From Candidatus Heimdallarchaeum aukensis (GTDB lineage: Archaea; Asgardarchaeota; Heimdallarchaeia; Heimdallarchaeales; Heimdallarchaeaceae), in assembly GCA_021513695.1 (NCBI GenBank), contig CP084166.1:1824001-1888000 (forward strand): a stretch of DNA of 64,000 nucleotides. The letters are read 5' to 3'. Below the pieces are notes generated by a model, which saw only the letters and a program-made list of their open reading frames with translations, had not been told where the DNA came from and did no database searches. Below, in pieces: positions 9,567 through 19,611 of this stretch. The position numbers were made by a program, and so were the translations under genes. The stretch's first letter is position 1, and each line of letters begins with the position of its first letter.

Positions 9567-11450
9567 TTACCTAACTAGAGCTGAGATAACAGCTCCTCGT
9601 TCATAAGCTTCTTTAAATAGTGCCCCCAGTTCCGAATTGCTATTAAGCTTAATTTCTGCTGTTTTTCCTACAGTTAAAGTTACAATGACTTCACCATTAA
9701 TCATTATATCAACGTCCTTACCGATACATAAATCTGGAAATACTAAGAAAATATTGTTTTTACTTTGATACACATTGAGTACATACTCCGCTTCTTCATC
9801 AAAACTGTTTTTTTGCTCAACATCACTCCATTCAGACATTTCTGAATAAGAACGCACGTCAACATTTAGATTTAATGCAGATTCTATTTTTTCTATTGTT
9901 TTTCCAGACTTTCCGATTATCTTTGCCCTGTCAGAATCACGCACGAAAAGTGTTATAGAATCAGGTTCGGTTATTTTATATTCAAAATCATACACGCCAC
10001 TATATTGTTTGAGTATTCTTTTTATTTTTTTTCGACTAATATCAATATGTTCGGTTATTGAATGGGTTTGTTTCACAGGGGTTACTATGATTTGTTCACC
10101 AAATGTGTATAACTCATATTCTAGTTTATGAGAATGAAAATCTTTTACCTCAACAACAGGTCTACTCAAATCTCTCTCTTTTAATCCTGATGGAAGTTTT
10201 ACTTTTATTGAAAGTGTATATACCTTCCTTATTTCTCCATCTTCAATAAAAATTAGTGTGTCAATAATACTTGGAATCACTCCCAAGTCTACTCTTTTAA
10301 TGAATCTTTTTACTCCGTCTATTGCAGTAGTACCATGAATAACACCAATAAGGCCAATACCAGCTAATCGTAGATCTGCATATGTTTCGAAGTCAATATT
10401 TTTCCTTAATTCATCATATACAGTATGATCTGGTCTCATAAGTAGAATGAGGTCTGCTGTAGAAGAAATATCACCTTTAAATCCACTTAACTGTGTGATG
10501 CGATCATCAACTTGTAGGTCTCGAGGGTTTTCAAAAGTTTTCACGATTTTTCCTTTATCTGCATAAAATTCTGCTAAGGCTGTTGCAAAAGTGCTTTTTC
10601 CTGCTCCAGGAGCTCCAACAATTAGAATCCCCTCACTTTTTGTCTCAATCCTTTTCAATAATTTTTTATCAAGCTTATAATCCTCAATCTTTCTTTTTAA
10701 TATCGGTCTAACTGCAGTTATCTCCATAGCATCACTAAAAGGTGGTCGGGTAATGATTATGCGCATGTTTTTCAATTGTACAACAGAAAAACCTTGCATG
10801 TCACTTTCAATAAATGACTCTGGATCTCTAGTAGCTCTTTCTACTATTTCCTTCGCTAGTTCCTCAATTTCTTCTTTTTCTAAGAAAGAATCCCCAATAG
10901 GTTGAAGATGAAAATTTCCTGGTGTACCTATTTTTGCGAGAGGCAAATTTCTTTCTCTCAAATGAACTGACATAGTTTGTTCAGTAAAATAATCATCAAT
11001 TCGTTTTCTTGGTTTTTCAGTTGTTTCTTTTAGAAAAACTACAGCTAGCCCTTCGATTTCAGCTATATGTGCTTGAACTTTATCAGCTGTTACTAAAATA
11101 GCTGAATGCTCATAAGCTAATTCCCTAATTTGAGCATCTAGTTCTCCAGATGATGCAAATTTGATTTGGTTTGGTGTTGGACGTGTGCCATCAATTATTA
11201 TTTCGATCATTTGTTCGGATGCAAAATCCTTTAAGGCAATCAATTCCTCCAAGGCTGCAACTCCAGTTGTCCTAGCTTGATTAGCTTGATGTTCTATTTC
11301 AGCGAGAACCACACGTGATAGTACAATTCTGTTGATTGTTTGTTTTTTCTTCTTTAAGTACTTTAAAAATTCTCCATTAACGATTACACTTGTGTCTGGA
11401 ACAAATGAAACATTATTATCTACATCAGACAGGTAATTCATTTTCATCAT
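9567..11450 (-). CDS. PIN-domain / PhoH-like P-loop ATPase / KH-domain protein (COG1855-type)
   Basis: N-terminal PIN (VPDTSVIVNG...AEIE...TADK), Walker A GAPGAGKST, C-terminal KH (IIGKSGKTIEKIE). Confidence 0.75.
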   Translation of the reverse strand: MMKMNYLSDVDNNVSFVPDTSVIVNGEFLKYLKKKKQTINRIVLSRVVLAEIEHQANQARTTGVAALEELIALKDFASEQMIEIIIDGTRPTPNQIKFASSGELDAQIRELAYEHSAILVTADKVQAHIAEIEGLAVVFLKETTEKPRKRIDDYFTEQTMSVHLRERNLPLAKIGTPGNFHLQPIGDSFLEKEEIEELAKEIVERATRDPESFIESDMQGFSVVQLKNMRIIITRPPFSDAMEITAVRPILKRKIEDYKLDKKLLKRIETKSEGILIVGAPGAGKSTFATALAEFYADKGKIVKTFENPRDLQVDDRITQLSGFKGDISSTADLILLMRPDHTVYDELRKNIDFETYADLRLAGIGLIGVIHGTTAIDGVKRFIKRVDLGVIPSIIDTLIFIEDGEIRKVYTLSIKVKLPSGLKERDLSRPVVEVKDFHSHKLEYELYTFGEQIIVTPVKQTHSITEHIDISRKKIKRILKQYSGVYDFEYKITEPDSITLFVRDSDRAKIIGKSGKTIEKIESALNLNVDVRSYSEMSEWSDVEQKNSFDEEAEYVLNVYQSKNNIFLVFPDLCIGKDVDIMINGEVIVTLTVGKTAEIKLNSNSELGALFKEAYERGAVISALVR

Positions 11451-12003
11451 TCTCCTTTTCTTTATTAATAGTGGGAAAATCTAACGATTTTACTGAATAA
11501 TAGTTTACATCGCCTAAACTATCAATCACTGCAAAAATTAACTTTAATCCCATATAATCTGCTTTAGATACTATTTTCTCGATTTGGTCAATATTAAACA
11601 TTACTCCTTCAACAAAAGGAACAATTAAAGCATATTTAGTTTCTTTTTTCTTATTAGGAGAAGCTCCCCTTTCGTATAATGTAAAAAAGCTAAGTGATTG
11701 TTCATATTTTTTCACCACATAACCCCTCCCTCTTAAATCTTTAAACAATAAATAATAAACCAAGAAACTTGGAAATAATTTTGAGAAATAAGAAATTAAT
11801 TCTGATAGGGACAACTCTTTTTCTTCTTCATCAACAACAATTATTCGTTTTCTTTCCATCAATAAGACAGCTTCATAAGGTTCTAAAATAAGAGTGCCAT
11901 TATCCGATAATTCACCGTACCATCCTGTACTGTAGAGATCATTAGCTATTCTCGTATCATAAACCACTACTTGATTTCCAACTATTTTAGCATTGAAAGA
12001 CAT
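11425..12003 (-). CDS. endA: tRNA-splicing endonuclease EndA
   Basis: LFKDLRGRGYVVK matches the conserved YKDLRxRGY region. About 190 aa catalytic subunit. It overlaps the downstream gene by 26 bp. Confidence 0.7.
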   Translation of the reverse strand: MSFNAKIVGNQVVVYDTRIANDLYSTGWYGELSDNGTLILEPYEAVLLMERKRIIVVDEEEKELSLSELISYFSKLFPSFLVYYLLFKDLRGRGYVVKKYEQSLSFFTLYERGASPNKKKETKYALIVPFVEGVMFNIDQIEKIVSKADYMGLKLIFAVIDSLGDVNYYSVKSLDFPTINKEKENDENELPV

Positions 12004-12086
12004 TTTTATGTCAACAACGTAATGAAATAATTATTAAGTATTTATACACTTGACTTAATGAAAAGATAAGGAAATTGTGAAATTTA

Positions 12087-12923
12087 ATGAACATTAAATT
12101 AAGACTCCAAGAAAAATTAAATGGGTTTATTCCACCCAATTTAATTCACTTGATTCCTTCAAGTTATTCAGTAATAGGTAATATTGCTATTGTTAGATTC
12201 TCAAATGAAATACCGAAAAAATATAAAAAAATAATTGCCACAAAATTGCTAGAATTAGAAAACAGAGTAGAAACTGTTATTGAACAAAAAGATACTATCT
12301 CAATTTTTCGTAAACCTATTGTAGAGCATCTTTCTGGTGAGAAGAAGATGATAACTATCCATAAAGAATTTAACACGTTATTTGAGATTGATGTTTCAAG
12401 GATAACTTTTTCTCCTGGGAATAAATATGAAAGGAAACGGTTAATTGATATTGTAGAAGATGGAGAGACTATAGTTGATATGTTTGCATGTATTGGAAAC
12501 CTATCATTACCTACTGCTAAAAATCATGAAGGGATAAGAGTATTTGCTATCGAAAAGAATCGTTATACATATGGTTTTTTAAAGAAAAATATTACACTTA
12601 ACAATTTAGTTGAACGATATGTCCCAATTCTTGGAGATAATAGAAAAAAAACTCCAAAAAACATTGCAGACAGAGTATTAATGGGATTTTTTAATGTTGA
12701 TGAATTACAATTAGAAATAGCAGTTGACGCAATTAGGGAAAAAGGATGGATTCACCTTCATGATTTAATAAAACGTTCAGAAGATAGAAGAAGAAAAGTT
12801 ACATATCTAGAAAAAATGCAACATAAAAAAGATTTCACAATAAAAGAGATAAATACAAGAATAGTAAAGAAATTTTCACCAAGCAAAATACATCTATGTC
12901 ACGACATTCTAGTTAAAAGATAG
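12087..12923 (+). CDS. Trm5/Taw2(Tyw2)-family class I SAM-dependent tRNA methyltransferase
   Basis: IVDMFACIGNLSLP SAM motif, as in the Trm5/TYW2 DMFAGIGPF motif. 278 aa. Adjacent to endA. Confidence 0.6.
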   Translation: MNIKLRLQEKLNGFIPPNLIHLIPSSYSVIGNIAIVRFSNEIPKKYKKIIATKLLELENRVETVIEQKDTISIFRKPIVEHLSGEKKMITIHKEFNTLFEIDVSRITFSPGNKYERKRLIDIVEDGETIVDMFACIGNLSLPTAKNHEGIRVFAIEKNRYTYGFLKKNITLNNLVERYVPILGDNRKKTPKNIADRVLMGFFNVDELQLEIAVDAIREKGWIHLHDLIKRSEDRRRKVTYLEKMQHKKDFTIKEINTRIVKKFSPSKIHLCHDILVKR

Positions 12924-12964
12924 ATAATAGATAGATTGCTTTGGTTCGATACTAGAGAAAACAA

Positions 12965-14203
12965 TTATACTACGTCTTCTTGAACACGAGTCCTAGGCAA
13001 AATTGTACTGCCAGCAGCTATTTTCCTACCAGGAAAGATCATTGAATTTACTCCAATTATACAATTATCACCGATTATTGCTCCAAGTTTAGTGAGACCA
13101 GTGTCAATTTTTTGCCCATTTACATTCATCTTTATTGGTTTAATTGGGGTTTCAGTGTTTACGGTCATAACATTAGTTGAAAGAGTCGTATTTTCTCCTA
13201 TAACACTATCACCAACATAACATAATCTGTAGATTTTTGTACCAGAAAATAAGACTGAATTTTTAATTTCGCTCCCAAAGCCTATTAAAGAATCTGAATC
13301 TATTGATGTATGATCTCTCAATAACACATTGTTACCGATATATGTATTAGGCCCAATATACAATGGACCATTTAGAACAGTGCCAGAGCTTATTATTGTA
13401 TTTTCGTCTATGATAACCACATTTTTTAGCACAACATTAGATTCAATTGTAACATTACTTGCGATTCTTGATTCTGTAAGTTTAGATAAAAGCAAACGAT
13501 TTGCTTCAATAATGTTCCATGGCTTTCCAATATCGATCCACTCTTTTTCCCATATTGCAGCAATAACTTTATCTCCTTTCTTTATTCTTGCATTAATTGA
13601 TTTAGGTATATTAGGATGAACTTCCAATTCATCAAATATAGTTGTTTTTAGAACAAAACACCCTGCATCTATATAGTTGCTTTTTGTATCGATTTCAGTC
13701 GCTAGGCCTACAGATTTCACATATCCCTTATAATCCATGTCTACAACTCCGAAGTTTCCCGTATCACCTTTTAATGTCAGTGCCATTGCCATATCTGCTT
13801 GGGTGTTTTCATATGCATTGAGCGTTCTTTGGATTAAGCCTTTTTCTGCTATTATGTCACTAAACAAGAGAAGAAATTCATCATCATTTGCTAAGTATTT
13901 TTTTGCAGCAAGAAAAGCAGATTTAATATCGTTTTCTTTACTCTGCTTAGCATATGAAATTGATAAACCAAATTCCGACCCTTTTTTAAAGTAATCTTTT
14001 ATTTGCTCTCCTTTATATCCTATAACAATTAATATTTTTGTTACGCCCAGTGATTTCAACTCTTCAATTATATATTGTAAAATTGGTTTTCCTAGTAATT
14101 TAATCATAGGTTTTGGTTTAGTTTGGGTTAGTGGGAATAGTTCTCTACCCTCACCACCAGCAAGAATAACTGCTTTTAGTTCTTTTTTTGCCATTAGCTC
14201 CAT
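12965..14203 (-). CDS. Bifunctional sugar-1-phosphate nucleotidyltransferase / hexapeptide-repeat acetyltransferase (archaeal GlmU-like)
   Basis: N-terminal KAVILAGGEGRELFPLT nucleotidyltransferase motif and C-terminal left-handed beta-helix hexapeptide repeats. 412 aa. Confidence 0.7.
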   Translation of the reverse strand: MELMAKKELKAVILAGGEGRELFPLTQTKPKPMIKLLGKPILQYIIEELKSLGVTKILIVIGYKGEQIKDYFKKGSEFGLSISYAKQSKENDIKSAFLAAKKYLANDDEFLLLFSDIIAEKGLIQRTLNAYENTQADMAMALTLKGDTGNFGVVDMDYKGYVKSVGLATEIDTKSNYIDAGCFVLKTTIFDELEVHPNIPKSINARIKKGDKVIAAIWEKEWIDIGKPWNIIEANRLLLSKLTESRIASNVTIESNVVLKNVVIIDENTIISSGTVLNGPLYIGPNTYIGNNVLLRDHTSIDSDSLIGFGSEIKNSVLFSGTKIYRLCYVGDSVIGENTTLSTNVMTVNTETPIKPIKMNVNGQKIDTGLTKLGAIIGDNCIIGVNSMIFPGRKIAAGSTILPRTRVQEDVV

Positions 14204-14348
14204 TCTCCTATTATTTTTTTAAAAACATTTTTAATAAGTCTTTTCGAACTTAAAAACAACCTTAGCTCAAAAAAAGTATACATAGAATTAATAAAAGCGT
14301 TATGCAGTTTTTGAAAAGAATAGATAAAAATATTTTTTGACATTATTA

Positions 14349-16175
14349 TCACAACACTGTTACACTTTTTGCCAAATTTCTTGGTTTGTCAGGCGAATAT
14401 CCTCTCTTAACTGCAGTATAATAAGCAAGCAATTGTAGGGGAACAACATATGGAATTGTTGAGAATATTTCAGAGTATCCTTGAGGAATTTTAAAACTCC
14501 AAGTTACAAGGTTTTTTATTTCATCATCATTTTCTTCAATAACACCAATAGTAGATGCTCCTCTAGCATTCATTTCCATAATATTTGATTGAATCAACCT
14601 ATAGGTGTGATCCTTTGGTGCAATAAATACAACAGGGAAATCTTTTTCTACCAAGGCAATTGGACCATGTTTTGATTCTCCAGCGGGATATGATTCACAG
14701 TGAATATAAGATATCTCTTTCATTTTCAAAGCTCCTTCATTTGCTGTTTGCACGTTTATTCCACGTGCCAAATAAAAACCACTTTTCTTTTTCGAAAACC
14801 AGTTAGCGACTGTTCTAGCTTGAACTTCATTATTTGTAATGGTTGTTTTAACTATTTTGGGGAGCTGATTGAATTTTTCTCTGTGAGATTCATACTCTGT
14901 TTTATTAAAAGCACCACTTAAAAGACCTAATTCTAAGCCTACATCCCAGTTAGCTATTGTTTGTGCAAGATATGTTTTTGTTGCTGCAACGCCAATTTCA
15001 GGTCCTGCATGGAGATATATAACTTCATCTGAATATCTAGTAATTGTACTACCTACTACATTTACTATAGAGAGAATGGATGCACCCTGTTCTTTAGCTT
15101 TTTTAATACCTAAAATTGTGTCCATTGTTTCTCCAGATTGACTCACAGGAACTACAACTGTATTCTCATCAATTAAGTCTAAAATTGATTCAAATTCAGA
15201 AGCAATTATTGATTGACTTAGTTTCTTATTAAATTTTCTTACTAAATACTCTCCCGTTAATGTTGAATAATATGCTGTTCCTGCAGCAACAAAAAAAATT
15301 CTTTCTGCTGCATGTATCTTTTCTGCTATTTTTTTTACAGATTTTTGCTTCATTCGTATGTAGTTATACAAAGAATTTGGTTGTTCGTGAATTTCTTTTA
15401 GCATAAAATGAGGGTATCCAGCCTTTTGAGCCATTTCTGCTTTCCAAGAAACAGTATATGGAGTACGCGTTATATGTTCCTTAGATTTTAGATTAACAAT
15501 ATCATAACCATCACTTCTTATCTCTACAAACTCATTATCATGCAAAAGCACCACTTGTTGAGTTTGATCAAGAAATGCGGGAATATCACTAGCTACAAAA
15601 ATTCTATTTGAATTTAAACCTATTACTAGGGGGCTGTCTTTTTTAGCACAATAAATCTTTTGAGGTTCATTCGTGCTTATGACACAAATGGCATATGTTC
15701 CTACTAGTTGTTCAATAGCTTTAATTACTGCTTCTCGGAAATCTAACTGCTCGTTGATAAAAAAATCTTCGATAAGGTGACTGATTACTTCTGTGTCCGT
15801 CTCAGAACTGAATTTATGTCCTTTCTCCTTCAAAGTTCTCCTTAATTCCTGAAAATTTTCAATAATTCCGTTATGAACAACAGCAATTTTTCCATCACAA
15901 CTAACATGAGGATGCGCATTTATTTTTGAAGGTGGGCCGTGGGTAGCCCATCGTGTGTGTCCTATAGCTATTTTTCCGGATATTGGGGAAATATCAATTT
16001 TTTCTACTACTTCATTTATTTTTCCTTTATCTTTTTGGACAATAAGGTTATCATTTTCTATAATTGCAACCCCTAAACTATCATATCCTCTATACTCCAA
16101 TTTTTGAAGAGCTTGAATAATTTCTACACCAATTTTTGTCTCATTTTTTTGAATGATTCCTACAATTCCACACAT
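14349..16175 (-). CDS. glmS: Glutamine--fructose-6-phosphate aminotransferase (isomerising)
   Basis: MCGIVGI N-terminal nucleophile, two SIS domains, C-terminal ...KPRNLAKSVTV. The ORF track extends to 16256, but the Ntn-hydrolase Cys must follow the Met at 16175. Confidence 0.85.
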   Translation of the reverse strand: MCGIVGIIQKNETKIGVEIIQALQKLEYRGYDSLGVAIIENDNLIVQKDKGKINEVVEKIDISPISGKIAIGHTRWATHGPPSKINAHPHVSCDGKIAVVHNGIIENFQELRRTLKEKGHKFSSETDTEVISHLIEDFFINEQLDFREAVIKAIEQLVGTYAICVISTNEPQKIYCAKKDSPLVIGLNSNRIFVASDIPAFLDQTQQVVLLHDNEFVEIRSDGYDIVNLKSKEHITRTPYTVSWKAEMAQKAGYPHFMLKEIHEQPNSLYNYIRMKQKSVKKIAEKIHAAERIFFVAAGTAYYSTLTGEYLVRKFNKKLSQSIIASEFESILDLIDENTVVVPVSQSGETMDTILGIKKAKEQGASILSIVNVVGSTITRYSDEVIYLHAGPEIGVAATKTYLAQTIANWDVGLELGLLSGAFNKTEYESHREKFNQLPKIVKTTITNNEVQARTVANWFSKKKSGFYLARGINVQTANEGALKMKEISYIHCESYPAGESKHGPIALVEKDFPVVFIAPKDHTYRLIQSNIMEMNARGASTIGVIEENDDEIKNLVTWSFKIPQGYSEIFSTIPYVVPLQLLAYYTAVKRGYSPDKPRNLAKSVTVL

Positions 16176-16257
16176 TTTTTTCCCTATTAAGAATATTAAC
16201 TGTTTTTTACTCAATAACAGTAAATAAGTGTTGTTCATAAAGGTTTCGTTATACAAA

Positions 16258-17382
16258 TTAATCTTGCAATAATTCTTTAATATTTTTTAATAAACCATGC
16301 TTTTTTGTTAAAGTTTTTTTCAACAAATCAATTCCATCAATAACAGTGGGATCAATCTCATTGAGAAATGCCAGATAAATGCTAATGTAATCAATAATGT
16401 AAGTTAAAGTTAGTTGGTGAGCTATTTTTGAATTACCAAGTGCGTATAATTCGAAGATTTTTTCTGTTTTTTTGTTCATTATCTTTTCAGTGACTTCAAC
16501 TCTTGTTTTTATCTCAGGTCGTTCATTTGGTAACCTTAATAGAACAACAGAAATGTGGTTCATCACTTTTAAGCTATCCCAAATAACAATACCATTATGA
16601 TTGCTTTCTGGTAAGTTCTCGTAGCAAGATAGCATTTTACTATTTTCATTTAGCTGACATTTAGCTCTATAGGAAACAGGAGAACAATAAGAATTACTGA
16701 TAAAAATGGGGGTTGAATTATATAATAAGAGAGATAATTTCTTAGCTTGGTTTTGACTAGTAGATACTTCTGGCGACAATTGTTCTGATAGACGCTCCAA
16801 TAGAGCTACTGATTCATCTAAAGCTTCATCAATATTTGTTATCGAGAATATTTTTTCAAACACTTTCAACAACGAAACATAAAGTAGAGGAAATGCAGTT
16901 CTGGGCGGTTGACCACCTTTTAATTTCACATAAGGTATACCAATTTTAGATGAAAAATCACCTAAAATTCCACCAGAGGAGATTGTTACAATCATTGACT
17001 TTCTTTTCAAAGCTTGATAGAAACAAGAAACTGTTTCTTCTGTATTTCCTGAATAACTAATACAGATAGTAAGTGTTTTTTCATCCACGAATTTGGGAAT
17101 TGAGTAACTTTTGTTTACAATAATGGGAACTTTGATTTCATCAATCAATAAATTAGAAACATAATCAGCCACAATTGCAGAACCTCCCATTCCACAAAGC
17201 AGAACTTTTTCTGGACTTGTATATTGAACAACTTGATCTTTCCATGAATAATCTTCCGGAATAGAAAAATCATGTAATCGTTTTTTTAATTCTGTTATTG
17301 ATGAAGTCCAGTTATTCATTAATGCTAGCTGGTTCGATTTGTCTAATGCTCTCAATACGTTAACATCATCTAAGTCAATCAT
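16258..17382 (-). CDS. SIS-domain sugar-phosphate isomerase (bifunctional PGI/PMI family or GlcN6P isomerase-like)
   Basis: GMGGSAIVADY motif and two SIS-like halves. 374 aa. Lies in the glmS/GlmU-like cluster. Confidence 0.5.
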   Translation of the reverse strand: MIDLDDVNVLRALDKSNQLALMNNWTSSITELKKRLHDFSIPEDYSWKDQVVQYTSPEKVLLCGMGGSAIVADYVSNLLIDEIKVPIIVNKSYSIPKFVDEKTLTICISYSGNTEETVSCFYQALKRKSMIVTISSGGILGDFSSKIGIPYVKLKGGQPPRTAFPLLYVSLLKVFEKIFSITNIDEALDESVALLERLSEQLSPEVSTSQNQAKKLSLLLYNSTPIFISNSYCSPVSYRAKCQLNENSKMLSCYENLPESNHNGIVIWDSLKVMNHISVVLLRLPNERPEIKTRVEVTEKIMNKKTEKIFELYALGNSKIAHQLTLTYIIDYISIYLAFLNEIDPTVIDGIDLLKKTLTKKHGLLKNIKELLQD

Positions 17383-17501
17383 TAAAATAGATAGGATATG
17401 GATTATTTTAAATACCTTTCTTTATCATTTCACTTAAATATAAGTTCTGCAACTTCGCTTCAAACAACAGTTTTTTAAATAAATTTTGTTTATGCTCAAA
17501 C

Positions 17502-17687
17502 ATGTCTAAAGTTCCGTATCCTAAAACAAAATATTACAAAGTTAAATGTGCATCATGCAATAATGAACAAATTGTATTTGATTCTGTTAAATCGATTGTT
17601 AAGTGTAATGTTTGTGACGAGATTCTTGCTAAACCAAGAGGTGGTAAAGCACAGATTCTTGGCGAAATTATCGAACAATTTTCTTAA
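17502..17687 (+). CDS. rps27e: Ribosomal protein eS27
   Basis: C4 zinc ribbon VKCASCNNEQIVFDSVKSIVKCNVCDEILAKPRGGKA matches the eS27 pattern. Confidence 0.75.
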   Translation: MSKVPYPKTKYYKVKCASCNNEQIVFDSVKSIVKCNVCDEILAKPRGGKAQILGEIIEQFS

Positions 17688-17786
17688 AGTAAGAATTTCA
17701 AAGCAGAACTTTCATTTTTATCTATTTGTAAATAAATCTATTTTATTTTAACAAGAAAAAAGATACTTTAATTCGTTTATATTACA

Positions 17787-18404
17787 TTAAAGTTCTACCT
17801 TTTCAGCGATATCATGAGTTATAAAGCTATTTGCATTTTCCTTTGGCAATTTACAAATATCTTCTTTCTTAAATGGCCCATAAATTGATCCATCAATACC
17901 TACAATTTCATTTTTCACATCTTTTGAAAATCGCACAATAATGTATTCGATATTAGTTTCTTCTTTTGAACTCGTTTCTTTACTAATTTCATCTTCAGGC
18001 TCATAAAAAGTGAATTCTTGAAAAATCAGCGCTTCACTTGGTCGTTCTAAGCTTCTTACATAAAATTTGTGCAATTTCAGAAAGTTAGAATAAAAGGCAT
18101 ATTCTTCTTGAGCTAAGTTTACTTCAATTTTTTTGTTTTCAATCACAGCATTGGAAATTTTTTTTGTCCTTATTTCAATAAGATCTTTTAAAACATAATT
18201 TAATCGATTTAATCTGATATTTAATATTTTTTTTATTATAGGATCAGATTCTTTTTCAACAATTTCTGAAAATTTATCCTTTAAGATTTTGATATCAGAG
18301 AAGAAGCTAGGTTTAATAGGAGTAATCTTTCTGCTACTTTCTCGTTCTGCATGCCATACAGAATATAAATCATCAATATATTGAAATTTAATTCGTGAAG
18401 ACAT
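17787..18404 (-). CDS. Possible GINS subunit (Gins51-like); hypothetical
   Basis: The call rests on its position immediately next to PCNA, a conserved archaeal pcna-gins neighbourhood, plus size and helical character. I see no diagnostic motif. Confidence 0.3.
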   Translation of the reverse strand: MSSRIKFQYIDDLYSVWHAERESSRKITPIKPSFFSDIKILKDKFSEIVEKESDPIIKKILNIRLNRLNYVLKDLIEIRTKKISNAVIENKKIEVNLAQEEYAFYSNFLKLHKFYVRSLERPSEALIFQEFTFYEPEDEISKETSSKEETNIEYIIVRFSKDVKNEIVGIDGSIYGPFKKEDICKLPKENANSFITHDIAEKVEL

Positions 18405-18448
18405 TTTTAATTTCCAATTAGTTGTATTTTCCCTCCCTCAGTTAAGAA

Positions 18449-19264
18449 TTAATAGTCTTCGTCATCATATTCGTAATCTTCTTCGTCTGCAACACTTTCA
18501 ATTCTTGGGGCTAGCATATAATGTAGATATCCTTTATTCTCTAAATTATATTCAAGAATAATGGGTTTATTTGTTGCAAAACCAATAGTGAGAGTCTCTG
18601 AGGATCTAATACCTTTCATAAAATTGTTCAAGAATTCAAGAGAATAGGAAGACTCGGATTCTTCTATAATTTCAAAAGACTCAGTTTCTATTTCTTCACT
18701 TTCAGGACCAACTACTGTTTCCATCTCATTTGAAAAACTTGAGCAACTAAAGATTACTTTATCAGGAAAGGCATGTATTTTAAAATGATCACTTATCATC
18801 ATCGAATCTTTTAATACTTGTTGAAAGAATGAGGCATCAATATTAAATTGTGCAGTCCTTAATATTTTTACTTTGTCAGGAGGAGGATTATCATCTTTAA
18901 TATCGATCATTTTCAAAGTAAAACTTCTTTCTCTATTTTTTGCCTTGAATACAATGCGTAAACGCTGTTCTCTTTCGTCGAAATTCAAATTTAAAACTTC
19001 ATCCTTTTTTGCTGTTTTTAGCATATTGTTGAAAGTCTCTAAGTTTAATCCTAAGGAAAAACTATTGTCTACCTTAAATTCTTGGAAAGCTTCCTTTTTC
19101 AAAACAAAATCAAACATTGATATTCTTGTTGGATCAAAAGTTTTTATTTGAATACTGTCCTTATTAATGCTTAAAAAACATTCAGAAACAATTGAACTAA
19201 TAATTGAAATATTACTAGCTAAAATCTTTGAATTTTCGTTATCAAGTTGTAGATCGAAACTCAT
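18449..19264 (-). CDS. pcn: DNA polymerase sliding clamp PCNA
   Basis: Two-domain PCNA-length protein (271 aa) with an interdomain connector and an acidic DEEDYEYDDEDY tail. Confidence 0.8.
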   Translation of the reverse strand: MSFDLQLDNENSKILASNISIISSIVSECFLSINKDSIQIKTFDPTRISMFDFVLKKEAFQEFKVDNSFSLGLNLETFNNMLKTAKKDEVLNLNFDEREQRLRIVFKAKNRERSFTLKMIDIKDDNPPPDKVKILRTAQFNIDASFFQQVLKDSMMISDHFKIHAFPDKVIFSCSSFSNEMETVVGPESEEIETESFEIIEESESSYSLEFLNNFMKGIRSSETLTIGFATNKPIILEYNLENKGYLHYMLAPRIESVADEEDYEYDDEDY

Positions 19265-19611
19265 TGTAATTCCCCTAACTCAATTTATTACTATCTTTAG
19301 TCTACATGTAAAAAAACATTTAGCTATTTAAGGGAATCGTCAGTAGTTTATTTAGTAAAGAAAGATAAAATTGAATATTTCTAATAGTGTCTCTTTTTTT
19401 CTTTGGGTTTCTTATCTATTAAAGAGGTAAAGGAATTACCAAAAAGAGTGATAACAATGTTTGACCCAGTAGAAGATATGCCAGACGATGCAGATTGCAT
19501 CCCTCCTTTATACTTTCCTTAAGTGGTAAAGGAACTCATTTCTTTTTTTTTTTATTTTTTATTTGGTTGAAAAATAATAAAATAATAAAATGATAAAAAA
19601 AGTGGTTAAGT

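Noticed and set aside
17548-17751. ORF overlapping rps27e in another frame
   Set aside because: It overlaps a well-supported ribosomal protein gene and shows no conservation signal.
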